NCBI GenBank assembly: GCA_964019335.1
Contig: OZ025651.1
Span: forward strand, 744,001 to 808,000
From: Diplonema japonicum
Taxonomy: Eukaryota > Protista > Euglenozoa: Diplonemea
Reading direction: 5' to 3'
DNA: 64,000 bases
Part shown: positions 46,868-56,564 of the stretch, in pieces
How the letters are laid out: every line of letters begins with the position of its first letter
Position numbering within the stretch: position 1 is the stretch's first letter
Translations under genes and position numbers: made by a program
Notes under the pieces: generated by a model
The model's input: only the letters and a program-made list of their open reading frames with translations
Database searches by the model: none
Told to the model about the DNA's origin: nothing

Positions 46868-49800
46868 ATGCCCAGACAATCAGAGCAGAGGCAACTACGA
46901 TGCTTTTCCTGCAGCAGGCTCATCGAGGATCCGATAATAGAGGACGGGGGCAAGGTATACCACACCAAATGCATCGCAGAGAAAAAAGGAGAGATCTGCG
47001 GCGGCTGTTCGCAACCACTAATGGAAGAATGCTTCGTGGCACTAGGCAAACGATGGCACGGCCACTGCTTTAAATGTAAAAAATGCGGACTAAAACTATC
47101 TGAAGAAGTTTCGAACCCACGCGACAGGGACGGTGTGTACAAGGCCGCATGGAAGCAGTCTTGGTTGTCATCCTACAAAGGAGATCGCCCGCGAATGATG
47201 AAAGAGATACCTTTCTCCGTTTCGGGTTCTGACCCATACCACCCCGGGTGTCTCCCCATCACAAACCGAAGATTTTCAGTACCGATACCCGCTATTCAAG
47301 TGCCAAGCCCGACTAGCAATGCTGGCTCCCCAACTGTATCACCCATCCCAACACCTCATTCTCCTCATGTATCGCGTGGGGACTCAACAAATGTTCGGCC
47401 GGTTCAAAAGCGACAGAAGTCGCCTCTGCCGCAGTACCCGAACCCAGTCGAAAACGTCTCGACGGCAACAATGCCCAGCGTTGTGGAACTAGACGGTGCG
47501 ATATGGAGCATTTCACCAGGGTCGAACCTCGCAATATGCCAGCAAGACGCAACTCAACGTGCGAAGGTCAAGATGGCCGGATGGCCCGAAATCAAAAAAG
47601 AAGCAAATCTACTAAAACTAGCAGCCGGTGCTGGTGTGCTCGAGGTTATCGGTAAAATACTAACACGGAACAACAAAGCCCTGCTCCTCACTGCTTGGAA
47701 AGCCGGCGGCGATGTTTTTTCAAAAACAGCGGACACCGCCGGGCAAGGTCTCGACGAGCCCTTCGCGAAAAACATCTTTTCGAAGCTGATGAAAGCGCTG
47801 CTTCGCTGCAGAAAGCATGGCCTCGCACACCGCGACGTCACACTTGAAAACATCATCCTCGGAACCGTCAAAGGCCCCTCATATCTACACGGGTTCAAAC
47901 TCTCACGACGGTACCAAGACGAAGAGAAGGCTACTGATGTTGTCGGTGGCCCCATACACGTTTCACCAGAAGCACTGAAATTTTTAAACGGCGACACAGA
48001 CGGGTACGACCCCTTCACAGCTGACATGTGGGCTGCTGGAGTGTGCTTACATCAAATGCTATCCGGCCGCGATCCTCGATGGGTTCGAAAAATGCCCGTC
48101 GGGCTCACTCCAGGTCTCGGAGGATTCGGCACCGTCCCACCAGACAAACCACTTCAAAAATACATCAAAGCAGTCGAAGCTGGCTCAGGAGGGGTACCGA
48201 GAACGGTTTCAAACGACGCAAAAAACCTGCTTTCGTGGATATTAACCACAGATCCGATGAAAAGACCGACCCCGACGGAGGCCTTGTCGCACCCGTGGCT
48301 GGCATCGCTTTCTATAAAACCAACAGAGGGACGGAGGTTGGTAAAGCTTTCTGATAATACGTCGTTGCTTCTAGTGGTTCTCTCCGCTGCGGTGTCGATA
48401 CAAGTGAACAACAGAATCATGTCGCTGAGCTCCGCGTTCACGGCGTCCGCGCTGCTTATCGCGTCTGTTCGAACGATAGTCGGAAACCCTTTGAGGAATT
48501 CAACAGATTCATCTTACAAGCAAACCTACACAACGGCCGCAATGGCGGTGTTGGTGATAGAGGCGAACAAACTGTACATTGCTGATGATGAAACGACGTC
48601 ATCAGCCACAACATCATTGGAATGGTCGCCTTCCAACATCGATCACCACAACGACGACGATGATGAGACTGTTCCAAACACTGGGAGACTGTTGGAAACA
48701 CCGTTATCAAGCAGGGTGAACAGGGAGTCGCGGTCCAGATCGTTACTAGGGATCCGGCGGGAATCGCTCCCCATCAACATACAAAAGCGAATGCGAGGCT
48801 GGACAAAGGCGGAAACGAAACGACTACCTGAAGGATTCCACACTGAAATCGCTGAAGAGCTCCTCGCTCCCAGAAAAACCCCGCGCGTCCGCCGCCCGGT
48901 AGAATCCGTCGACGACGTCAACCCGTTACAACCCGGAACGTTTAGAAAACGAATGGGATCAACGGTGCGCATTAAGAGAAACAGAAGAGCACCGTCTCAC
49001 TCCCTGATCAGACCCGGGCAGGCAGGATCGCCAAAGACACCAAGGACAGCCTCCGCACAAGATTTCGGTGAAGCGTTTATCACGGAGGACGAAGAGCTTG
49101 TCCCATTGCAGCGGTCGAAAACAGATGGGATCCTCCTTGGCGAGCCACCTCCTATCCGAACACCCACCACCCCGAAGCCTCAAGGCGGTTCTCCTGTACG
49201 AACCTTCCCCAATGGTGTTGAAACTGTAACGCCTGTGAATACCAACAACAACAGTACAAGCACGGCCGCATCGACTGTAGGATCGCCGAAGTCAGTGATG
49301 GCGTCGTCTCCTAAAAGAAGCGCGCCTGTGAAGTTGAGGACAAAGGCGCGAAAAGGGTCCAGGGAGATCGTCAAGAAGGACGAAGAGCTTCCCCCCCCCC
49401 CCGACACCGACGGGTCCGCCGACAAAACCCCAGAAGAAAAACCCATTAAGAAAGGACTTCGGCGAATGCAATCCGGCCACGGACCCCATGGAATGCCCCT
49501 TCTCAGATTGGGACAACTTCCAAAAAGCGATTCCGGAGGGGGGTTGCTAACAGCACGGACAGGTATGTCCACTGCACGGAGCGACCGTACCCGTGCTTCG
49601 TCTGCTGCTACTAATAAATCGAAAAAAAGAGGGTCTGGTTCACCCCCGAAGAGATCTAAATCGGGTAACATGACGCCTTCTCCGTTTGGTTATCACTCTG
49701 CGCACCTTCGGTCTGAAATGAATAGGTCTCTTGATAGGCCACCGCCTGCTTTAGATGGGCTCTTGCGGGATGTGGCACGCGCACAGCCTCATAGGTCGTC

Positions 49801-49906
49801 GGCGTCGTCAGCTGCACCCGCTCCCAACCACTCCCCACCTTCGTCTCCGAAAAGAAAAGGTACCGCAGCTCTGTACGAGGCTGTGTTTGGAGGGTCGTCT
49901 TTTTAA
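46868..49906 (+). CDS. LIM-domain CAMK-like (pseudo)kinase with long Ser/Pro/Arg-rich tail
   Basis: LIM CGGC..WHGHCFKCKKC..PYHPGC; HRDVTLEN, SPE, DMWAAGV, RPT..EAL.HPW. DFG is replaced by HGF and no Gly-rich loop is evident. Confidence 0.78.
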   Translation: MPRQSEQRQLRCFSCSRLIEDPIIEDGGKVYHTKCIAEKKGEICGGCSQPLMEECFVALGKRWHGHCFKCKKCGLKLSEEVSNPRDRDGVYKAAWKQSWLSSYKGDRPRMMKEIPFSVSGSDPYHPGCLPITNRRFSVPIPAIQVPSPTSNAGSPTVSPIPTPHSPHVSRGDSTNVRPVQKRQKSPLPQYPNPVENVSTATMPSVVELDGAIWSISPGSNLAICQQDATQRAKVKMAGWPEIKKEANLLKLAAGAGVLEVIGKILTRNNKALLLTAWKAGGDVFSKTADTAGQGLDEPFAKNIFSKLMKALLRCRKHGLAHRDVTLENIILGTVKGPSYLHGFKLSRRYQDEEKATDVVGGPIHVSPEALKFLNGDTDGYDPFTADMWAAGVCLHQMLSGRDPRWVRKMPVGLTPGLGGFGTVPPDKPLQKYIKAVEAGSGGVPRTVSNDAKNLLSWILTTDPMKRPTPTEALSHPWLASLSIKPTEGRRLVKLSDNTSLLLVVLSAAVSIQVNNRIMSLSSAFTASALLIASVRTIVGNPLRNSTDSSYKQTYTTAAMAVLVIEANKLYIADDETTSSATTSLEWSPSNIDHHNDDDDETVPNTGRLLETPLSSRVNRESRSRSLLGIRRESLPINIQKRMRGWTKAETKRLPEGFHTEIAEELLAPRKTPRVRRPVESVDDVNPLQPGTFRKRMGSTVRIKRNRRAPSHSLIRPGQAGSPKTPRTASAQDFGEAFITEDEELVPLQRSKTDGILLGEPPPIRTPTTPKPQGGSPVRTFPNGVETVTPVNTNNNSTSTAASTVGSPKSVMASSPKRSAPVKLRTKARKGSREIVKKDEELPPPPDTDGSADKTPEEKPIKKGLRRMQSGHGPHGMPLLRLGQLPKSDSGGGLLTARTGMSTARSDRTRASSAATNKSKKRGSGSPPKRSKSGNMTPSPFGYHSAHLRSEMNRSLDRPPPALDGLLRDVARAQPHRSSASSAAPAPNHSPPSSPKRKGTAALYEAVFGGSSF

Positions 49907-50725
49907 AAAGAAGGAAAAAAAAAAGAAAATTTGTTCAACAGAATATAAAAAAAAAAAGAAGAAAGAAAGAAAAAGAAGAAAAAAAAAGTAAAAATGTTGT
50001 CGCCTTTTTTTTTGAGAGATAGAGAGGGGAGGGGGGAATAAAAAAATTAAAAAAATAAAAAATTGGGGGAAACAAGGAAATGTGTTTTTTTTTCTCTTTT
50101 TGCTCCTTTTTCTAGTGAGTACCCTTCCTAGCCGCAACCAGATGTGAGGGTGAAAAAAAAGGGGGGGATAGAAGTCTGCGTATTGGGCGACCCAAGTTCT
50201 TTTGTGTAAATTTTTCTTTCTTTTTTTTTGATACAAAGTCAGGGGAGGGAAAGAAAAAATGAAAGAAAAAATCGGGGGGGGGGGGTATCGTGAAAGTAAA
50301 GAGGGGGAAAAGATTGAGTTGTTTTCCCTTAACCTCTTCCATTTTTTTTTTATCTACTACCCTTCTTATCTTCCTTCCCCCAGTTGAGAAAGGGGTCAAA
50401 AGAGGGGCAGCAGCCCTTTTTTAAAAAAGAAAAAATGTAGAAGAAAGGGGTTACAAGCAAGCAAAAAAAAAAAAAAAAAAAAAAAGAGGGGAGAAAAACA
50501 AAAGGAGAAAAAATAAAATAAAATAAAATTCCCGTCCCTTCCCTGTCCTTACCCTCTTCTGGTTTCTTTTTCTTTTCCTTCTTCTCTCTCCATATCTTTC
50601 TTTTTTTTTTTCTTCCGACTCTTCAAGCGGGTCAAGGTGAGAGGGAACTATGCCTTTTGCTCTCTTACGCCATTCAGCAGCACAACTGGCAATGGAGGAA
50701 GGTAAGGGGTGGCATGTAGCCTTTG

Positions 50726-50759
<34 letters not shown>

Positions 50760-51014
50760 CTTTCTAAAAAATTGCTTGTATGTTTCTTTCTTTTTCGTCG
50801 TTCTCTTCTCCCACTCACCTATGCCCCCCCCCCCCCCCCCCCACCCTTTGTTTAAGTTGTTTCTTTTCTCTGCGTTCTCTGAGTTTTTTTTTTCTTTCTT
50901 TGTTTCTTTTTTCTTTTCTTTTTTCTTTTGTAATATCGGGGAAACGAAGGTCAAAAAAAGGCGCGAGGGAGGGGGGAGGAAAAGAAAAAAAAGAAGAAGA
51001 AAATAAAAAAAAAA

Positions 51015-53354
51015 ATGTTAAAAATTTTCAAAAAGAAACCCGGAGGGAAAGCTTCCCAAAACACGAACGGGGAAGCTCCAGGCACGCTGAAACCGTGCAA
51101 GATGGTGTTGGAGAGTGTGAGGGACCTACCTCAAGGCGGGGCATTTGGCGTGTGGCTATTGAGGAAAGGCTGCGAAAAAGAAGGGAAAAAAGAACTGTCC
51201 GTTTTCGTGTCAAAATGCGGAGACCAACACACCCGGAAGGAACCCGACGACGAAAAACACATTTACAACATATTAGCTAAGGAAGTCAGAGAGTGCCTCC
51301 TCCACCCTGCTGGCTTACGTGATCCCGCAGCATGCTCTGCCGACGCATTGACAAAACACAAGACACTTCGACACCCTTACGTTCTCCCGTACATCTCCGG
51401 CGGGTTAAACTCCTTAAACGAGGTGCAGATCATAACCGAGCCCTGCGTACCCCTACGCCACCGTCTGGACGAGAACTTGGTAACGTTCGACGAATTCTGC
51501 ATGGGGGTCACATCGATAGCAAACACACTGTTATGGCTTCATCAATGCAACCTGGCTTACAACAATGTAACCCTTGACGGAATCTTCATCACGAAAAACC
51601 CGACAAAATGGGTTCTAGGAGACTTCGCGTTTTGTTGCCCGCGAGACGCGGACGACCTCCTTCACCATTCGATGAAATACCAAAATCTCGTTGCTCCAGA
51701 AGACGTCTTCACCTATCAAGACACTGACCATTCTAAAAGAAGACGGTCGTGCGGAAAACCACAAGCTGACCTGTCATACCGTGATGTGTACGGCCTTGGG
51801 TGTGTCATCGACACTGTGTTGGCAAAGCTTGGAAAGGCCAGCACGCTTCGCGCAGAGGTTTTTTCAAGCGTTGTTGAAAAAGCTGATCCTGGAGTGGAAC
51901 CGTCGACCCCCGGTGTGAAATCTAAATCGTCTTGTGCTTCATTTGAGAGCCAGTTGGAAAACCGTGGTCTGGAAGCTCTTCTTGGAGAGGTGTCTGACGC
52001 CATAGAGTGGATCGACAAGGATAGCCTCCCGCCGTCTATTCCATTGGTCGCCCGTCTCCCGCAAACCGTCCGCGCGCTCGACACCTCCGAGGAAATGTTT
52101 CTCTGGGCGGTTGCCGCATTGCATCGTTCTCCTGTTCTCCGTCCGAATCTCTTACAATTGACAGAGGGACGGTTCATCTCCACGAATCCACTGGTTCGAA
52201 CCGTAACATTCTTAACAGAAGCGTCGTTGGGAGCCACGCCTCAAGAGAAGCAAGATGGGTACCAAGCTGTTCATGACTGTTTCGATACGTGCGACTATTC
52301 CACGATATCCGAAGTTCTCGTCCCGCTTTTGTGCAATCGAAGCACGTTTCTCGATCAGGAAGGCGACGAGGTGTACAGAAGAGTCCTGCTCCCCAAGAAA
52401 CCGCACGAAGCAACAACGAGCAACAACAACAACAACCTCGATTCCACCGTAATGTCGTCGCTTAACGGCACTGTTAGGTCGGAAGACATGAAGGGTTTTG
52501 AAATCGGGTCGCGCGTGCAGGCCTTCGGGTTAAAACGAACGTCCGAGCTAAACGGTCAGGTTGGGGTTGTAGCTGGTATCGATCCCTGTGAAGGGAGGAT
52601 TCTGGTCACATTTGATTCGTGCGAGCGAGCGATTCGCCCTGGTAACTTGTTGTCGCCGCAGACAACAGGCGGTGTGTTACTCCCTTTGGACTACCAGCTT
52701 ATTGTGGTTCCGTTTTTAAAGCAAGCGCTGCAGGACAAGCTTGATAACCCTATGAGGGTCGCGTTGCTGAAGCGTGCGAAGTATTTTCTCGGAACGTTTG
52801 ATCACGGTGGCTTGCTTGCAGATGTGTTGTCGTCCCTCCAAGATGAAAAGCAACGGGTTGGGCTGCGGGCGGCTGCTTGCAGCGCCGTACCGTCGCTGGT
52901 GAGGTCAAGCAACAATGTCCCGCAGAAGGCTGCCTCGTCGTTGCTTACATCGCTGCACAAGATTGTTCAAAACAAATCCGCACCTTCTGAGCTGCGTACC
53001 CCAGCAACAGCTTCCCTCATTCTGTCATGGGGGCATCTTGCTCCAGGGTTTGCCGTGTCCGCATTAACATCCGGTCTTCACGACCCCACACTGTCTCTGG
53101 GTACTTTGGACGCTATTTCAGAGGTTCTTCGCTCGGATGGCATCCCGCAGGAGGAGATTGCGGGGACGGTGGTGCCTCTCTTGTCGCCGTTGCTTTTGTC
53201 CCCGGATGCGGAGGTCAGACGGCACACACAGCAAGCGTTGAACTCGGCTTTCTCCGTTCTGGCGCAGACCACTGGAAACCGGTCTTTCCCTCCACCAAGA
53301 CCTCTTCCTACCGCTTCTTCTTTACTTGCAACTTTACCCAGGGCCGCACGCTGA
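51015..53354 (+). CDS. SCY1-like pseudokinase with HEAT repeats
   Basis: KTLRHPYVL.Y, IITEPC.PL, LLWLH..YNNV..IFIT..WVLGDF, followed by helical HEAT-like repeats. Confidence 0.72.
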   Translation: MLKIFKKKPGGKASQNTNGEAPGTLKPCKMVLESVRDLPQGGAFGVWLLRKGCEKEGKKELSVFVSKCGDQHTRKEPDDEKHIYNILAKEVRECLLHPAGLRDPAACSADALTKHKTLRHPYVLPYISGGLNSLNEVQIITEPCVPLRHRLDENLVTFDEFCMGVTSIANTLLWLHQCNLAYNNVTLDGIFITKNPTKWVLGDFAFCCPRDADDLLHHSMKYQNLVAPEDVFTYQDTDHSKRRRSCGKPQADLSYRDVYGLGCVIDTVLAKLGKASTLRAEVFSSVVEKADPGVEPSTPGVKSKSSCASFESQLENRGLEALLGEVSDAIEWIDKDSLPPSIPLVARLPQTVRALDTSEEMFLWAVAALHRSPVLRPNLLQLTEGRFISTNPLVRTVTFLTEASLGATPQEKQDGYQAVHDCFDTCDYSTISEVLVPLLCNRSTFLDQEGDEVYRRVLLPKKPHEATTSNNNNNLDSTVMSSLNGTVRSEDMKGFEIGSRVQAFGLKRTSELNGQVGVVAGIDPCEGRILVTFDSCERAIRPGNLLSPQTTGGVLLPLDYQLIVVPFLKQALQDKLDNPMRVALLKRAKYFLGTFDHGGLLADVLSSLQDEKQRVGLRAAACSAVPSLVRSSNNVPQKAASSLLTSLHKIVQNKSAPSELRTPATASLILSWGHLAPGFAVSALTSGLHDPTLSLGTLDAISEVLRSDGIPQEEIAGTVVPLLSPLLLSPDAEVRRHTQQALNSAFSVLAQTTGNRSFPPPRPLPTASSLLATLPRAAR

Positions 53355-54413
53355 AGGATTTAAAAAAAAAAGGGGGTGGGAGGGAAGGAATACATAAAGC
53401 ACTGTCTGTTTTTTTTTTTATATTTTTTTTCTTTCTTTTTTTTTTTTTTTCCTCGCATCTTTAATTAGCTGGGGGGAGGGATGGGGTTTTCTTCTTCTTT
53501 TTTTTGTATGAAGATGGAGGGTTAAAAAAAAAAAGGATTGGGAAGGACACTGGCGGAGGGGGAGATGCATTGGGGCGCTCGTGTAATCGAGGTAAGAGAA
53601 GCCACAACTTCATGTTTGGGTAGAACCCCTATGGTACCCCCCCCCCCTCCCCACCAGAATTTCTTCCCCTTAAATGCATTCAAACGCTTTCATGTCGGGG
53701 CCACGAGCCGTTGTGTTGTTATTATTATTATTTTTTTTTTTTTTTTTTATATTAACTTTCTTTTAGTTCCCTTCTTTTCTTTTTATAGATTTTTAATTAA
53801 AGGGGCACAAAAAAAAATGAAAGAACCTATAAAAAAGAGAAAAGGGGAAAAGGGGGGGGATCTAAAAAAAAAAAGAAGAAGAAAAAGAAAAGCTGAAGAA
53901 CAAAAAAAAAAAAAGAAAGAAAATAGCTCGATCTTCCTAAAAAGGAAGAAATCGTGTGCACCATTTGCTTTCATTTCATCTTCTTCTTTTTTTTTTTTTT
54001 CTTCTTCTTCTCCCCTCCTCCCCTTTTATAACTTTTCTTCGATTTTGAGGTGTCATGCTACGTACTGCATAAATTGAACAGAATTACTTCTTCACTTTCC
54101 CCCCCCCTTTTTTTTCCGGGGGGGGGAGAAAAGTGAGGGAGTGATATCTCCTTTTTATTTTATTTTTCTTCCCTCTTCCCTTTACTTTTTCTTTTTCAAC
54201 TTTTGCAACTAAACTCAAAAAAGAATACTACCAAAGGCATGGTGTGGGAATAAAGTGTCTACAATCGTCCCCCCCCCCCCCCCCCCCAGCAGGCAAATAA
54301 AAAATTGCAGGCTGTTTGAATTTTCCGAATCGGGAAGAAAAGAAATTGAAGAGGGTGCAATTGTGGACAGCTTAAACCCCCTCCCTCCCCACACAGACCT
54401 ATGGCGACAGCAA

Positions 54414-54450
<37 letters not shown>

Positions 54451-54743
54451 AGAAGAAGAAGAACAAAACGGCAACGGCAGGCACCGCGGCCACCGTTAAC
54501 ATTACCAACCAAACAAAAACAAAAAAAAAAACCGTGTAAAACATGGTGGGAAAACAGAAAAAAAGATTTTTTTTTCCCTCACCCCTCCTACTCTTTCCAC
54601 ATACAAGTGGCGGGAAACCTTTCTTTCTTATTATTATTATCTCTCAGTGCAAGAAGAAGAAAGGAAAAAAAAGAAACAGCCTAATACACAAATGCTTTGA
54701 AGGGCGTGGTCTCTCCCAACGAACAAATAAAAGAAGGGGGGAA

Positions 54744-56453
54744 ATGAAGTTCACTCTGAAACCATCGAAGCCGCACCACAGAATAGCTGTGGCGGTAGTT
54801 GTCCTGGTGACAGTGGGGGCGCTGGGGATCGTGCAGCCATGGAAGAAACGATATAAAGTCTTGAAACTGTCAGACTCGTGGGTTGCTGAGAAACACAAAT
54901 CAACGCCACTACCAACAATACACGCTCCGCCAGCAACAACAGCGCCGCCGCCACCACTCCACGCACCACCACCACCACCACCGCCAATACACGTTCCACC
55001 TGAAACACCACCACCACCACCATCAGCACCGCCAATACACGTTCCACCTAAAACAACAGCGCCACCACCACCATCAACACCACACGCAACTACGCAGATT
55101 CCAACGAAAATCCCTTCTACTCACCCACCTCAGATAGATACCCCGAAACCTATTGTGGAAAGGAAACCTCCTTCTCCTTCCAAATGGAACGCAGTCTGCG
55201 AAAGTTGGTTAAACACGGAAAGACTCTTCAACGCGGCGGACATCACGCGGAAGGAAGAAGGCAGCACCTCCCCCGGGCTTAAAAACTCAAAAACTTGCAA
55301 GGGCTACAAACACCCGCAAGAACGACCGCCGCCACCGAACCTCGCAGGGAAGAACGGCTGGGACACAAACACACATATTACCATGGAACAAATTGCCGCC
55401 TTACGCAAGCGGGGGGTCTTTGAACGAAGCTACATAAACTACGAGAAGAACCTGTGGTTGTGCGGTGTTCCAAAGGCGGGAAGCACCACATTAAAAGCCT
55501 GGCTTCTCAAAGGAACCGGCGTAACGGCGATTAAAGGAACAGTCCACAACGCAAGCCGGTACGAAGGACCCGTTTTATGGTCTCTAGACCACATGGACAA
55601 CCAGCACATTATCGACATCGTGAAGTCGGGGGAGTTCTTCAAATCGGTTTTCGTGCGGAACCCTTACTCGCGGTCGTTGGCAACGTTCTTAGAACGGTTC
55701 GAGGCCTGCGAGGAGAAAGGCACCCGGCGAGTTAACGAGTGTTTAATGTGGAAAACGGGGTTGAAAATGCGTGCGAAAAATCCGACGTTTTCTCAGTACC
55801 TCGAAGCCATTCAAAACACGCAGGACACACCGCCAAACTGGCTTAACGCGCATTGGAAACCAGCCTCGCTTCTTTGCGGGCTGGACATTCTTGTCTACGA
55901 TTTCATAGGCAGAATGGAAGTTGCCACCGATTGGGAAACACTGTACAAAGTCAGCGGTGTGGAACCATTTCAATCAAAAGACACAGAGCTGCGGCATTCT
56001 TCAGGAACATCGACTGTGTTGAAACGGTACTTCCCGCCCCATCCCAGCAAGCTTGTTGAGGTGATATATTCTTCAGATTTGAACGATCTAGGGTATTCGG
56101 ACGTGAGTAAGGGAGGGCCACAACGGGGTGGGTCGTCTTTGTTTGGAGGTTTGGTGAAGCCCCCGCCGCCTGCCAAGGAGTTGAAGCATCCTTGGAGGGT
56201 TATACCTGGTGTTGCGATACACCTTGCGCCTGGTGCTCACCGTGACCCGGAGGCGATGAAGACCCCGTCGCTCCGAGACTGCCAATGGTGGTGCGAGAGC
56301 AAGGCGAAGTGCAGAGGCGTTGCATGGAGAAAATCCGGAGAGACCCACAAACACTACCTAGGATGTTTTTTAGTCGTCGGTGACATCCACGAATCAACAG
56401 CCCCTAGTAATGACGACATAGAAAGTGCGGTGGTGGACAGAGACCTTGTTTAA
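54744..56453 (+). CDS. Golgi-type carbohydrate sulfotransferase (Sulfotransfer_2/CHST-like) with Pro-rich stem and C-terminal PAN/apple-like domain
   Basis: Type II membrane anchor; PAPS motifs VPKAGSTT and FVRNPYSR; NAHWKP..C, YDFIGRME; C-terminal CQWWC..C..C. Confidence 0.85.
   Translation: MKFTLKPSKPHHRIAVAVVVLVTVGALGIVQPWKKRYKVLKLSDSWVAEKHKSTPLPTIHAPPATTAPPPPLHAPPPPPPPIHVPPETPPPPPSAPPIHVPPKTTAPPPPSTPHATTQIPTKIPSTHPPQIDTPKPIVERKPPSPSKWNAVCESWLNTERLFNAADITRKEEGSTSPGLKNSKTCKGYKHPQERPPPPNLAGKNGWDTNTHITMEQIAALRKRGVFERSYINYEKNLWLCGVPKAGSTTLKAWLLKGTGVTAIKGTVHNASRYEGPVLWSLDHMDNQHIIDIVKSGEFFKSVFVRNPYSRSLATFLERFEACEEKGTRRVNECLMWKTGLKMRAKNPTFSQYLEAIQNTQDTPPNWLNAHWKPASLLCGLDILVYDFIGRMEVATDWETLYKVSGVEPFQSKDTELRHSSGTSTVLKRYFPPHPSKLVEVIYSSDLNDLGYSDVSKGGPQRGGSSLFGGLVKPPPPAKELKHPWRVIPGVAIHLAPGAHRDPEAMKTPSLRDCQWWCESKAKCRGVAWRKSGETHKHYLGCFLVVGDIHESTAPSNDDIESAVVDRDLV
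54910..55090 (+). repeat. Imperfect coding tandem repeat (PIH[AV]PPxTxxPPPP)
   Basis: CAATACACG..CC.CC unit at ~54916, ~54985 and ~55033, separated by (CCA)n. Confidence 0.7.
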
Positions 56454-56564
56454 CACTTAATGGTTTTCTTTTTTTAAATGTCTCTTTTTTTTTTTTTTTT
56501 TCATATTGCGTTCTTGCAAAATAACCGGAAAAAAAAGAGGAAAACAAAAAAAAAAAAAAGAAAA

